The notes under the pieces are model-generated. The model saw nothing but the letters and a program-made list of their open reading frames with translations, made no database searches and was not told the DNA's origin. A stretch of DNA of 64,000 bases from Podarcis bocagei (Eukaryota). The stretch lies in assembly GCA_964188305.1 (NCBI GenBank), contig OZ076887.1, one strand, 5' to 3'. Positions 63,601-64,000 of this stretch are shown here, in pieces; position 1 is the stretch's first letter, and each line of letters starts with the position of its first letter. Position numbers and translations under genes: made by a program.

Positions 63601-64000
63601 TTGGCCAAGAAACATCTTCTCAAGCAATGGTGTGGTCAGAGGAGTCCTGGAATCAGGTCTAGGTCACAGGTGCAGTGCTCCAAGTGGGATGGCATTCACT
63701 CTTCCCATTTCTTTTTTGGCAGGCTTAACTGCATCTGGATTGCTTACCCCACTTATGGCACACACAGACAAACATTTCATTTCCTTCAAAACCATCCCAC
63801 TAGCTTTTTAGTCCCCTTTCAGGCACTGCTGCCAAGTATTAAAAAGAAAAAGAAAAAAAGAACCCAAGATCTGATTAGAAGCTTCCAGGAATCACAAGGA
63901 CATCTTGTATAACTGTGAAGTTAATTCAAGGGTATCCGGTAGAAGAAATATATACCTTTCAACACTTGGATAGCCTATAATTGAGGATAGTTATCAGTTT

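Noticed and set aside
1-64000. Prokaryotic systems (operons, CRISPR arrays, defence islands)
   Set aside because: No gene-dense coding, no regularly spaced repeat-spacer array, and the repeat content is that of a squamate genome.

Overview
This is vertebrate, not prokaryotic, DNA. It is AT-rich, CpG-depleted and almost entirely non-coding. The repeat content points to a squamate reptile, very probably a lacertid lizard: Sauria SINEs, a Bov-B RTE LINE, CR1, L2, L1, tRNA-derived SINEs and hAT MITEs. I could not identify any host protein-coding exon, and the window looks like part of a large intron or 5' regulatory region. Almost all ORFs in the track are spurious; the real protein-like ones are LINE remnants. 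Best-supported features: a 5'-truncated L1 (27344-29083, minus) with a 37-bp target-site duplication; a Bov-B insertion with 5'-inversion geometry (13511-13951); a CpG-rich solo LTR (49862-50296); two full-length Sauria SINEs with TSDs; several hAT MITEs with 8-bp TSDs; many microsatellites; and a 140-N assembly gap. The most interesting unexplained unique-sequence signals are a dense TALE (MEIS/PBX) motif cluster with internal repeat structure (about 20510-20910), a candidate C/D-box snoRNA (15351-15448), a 54-nt hairpin (41345-41398), and two candidate short ATG-containing first exons on the plus strand. None of these amounts to a proven new biological system; they are testable leads.
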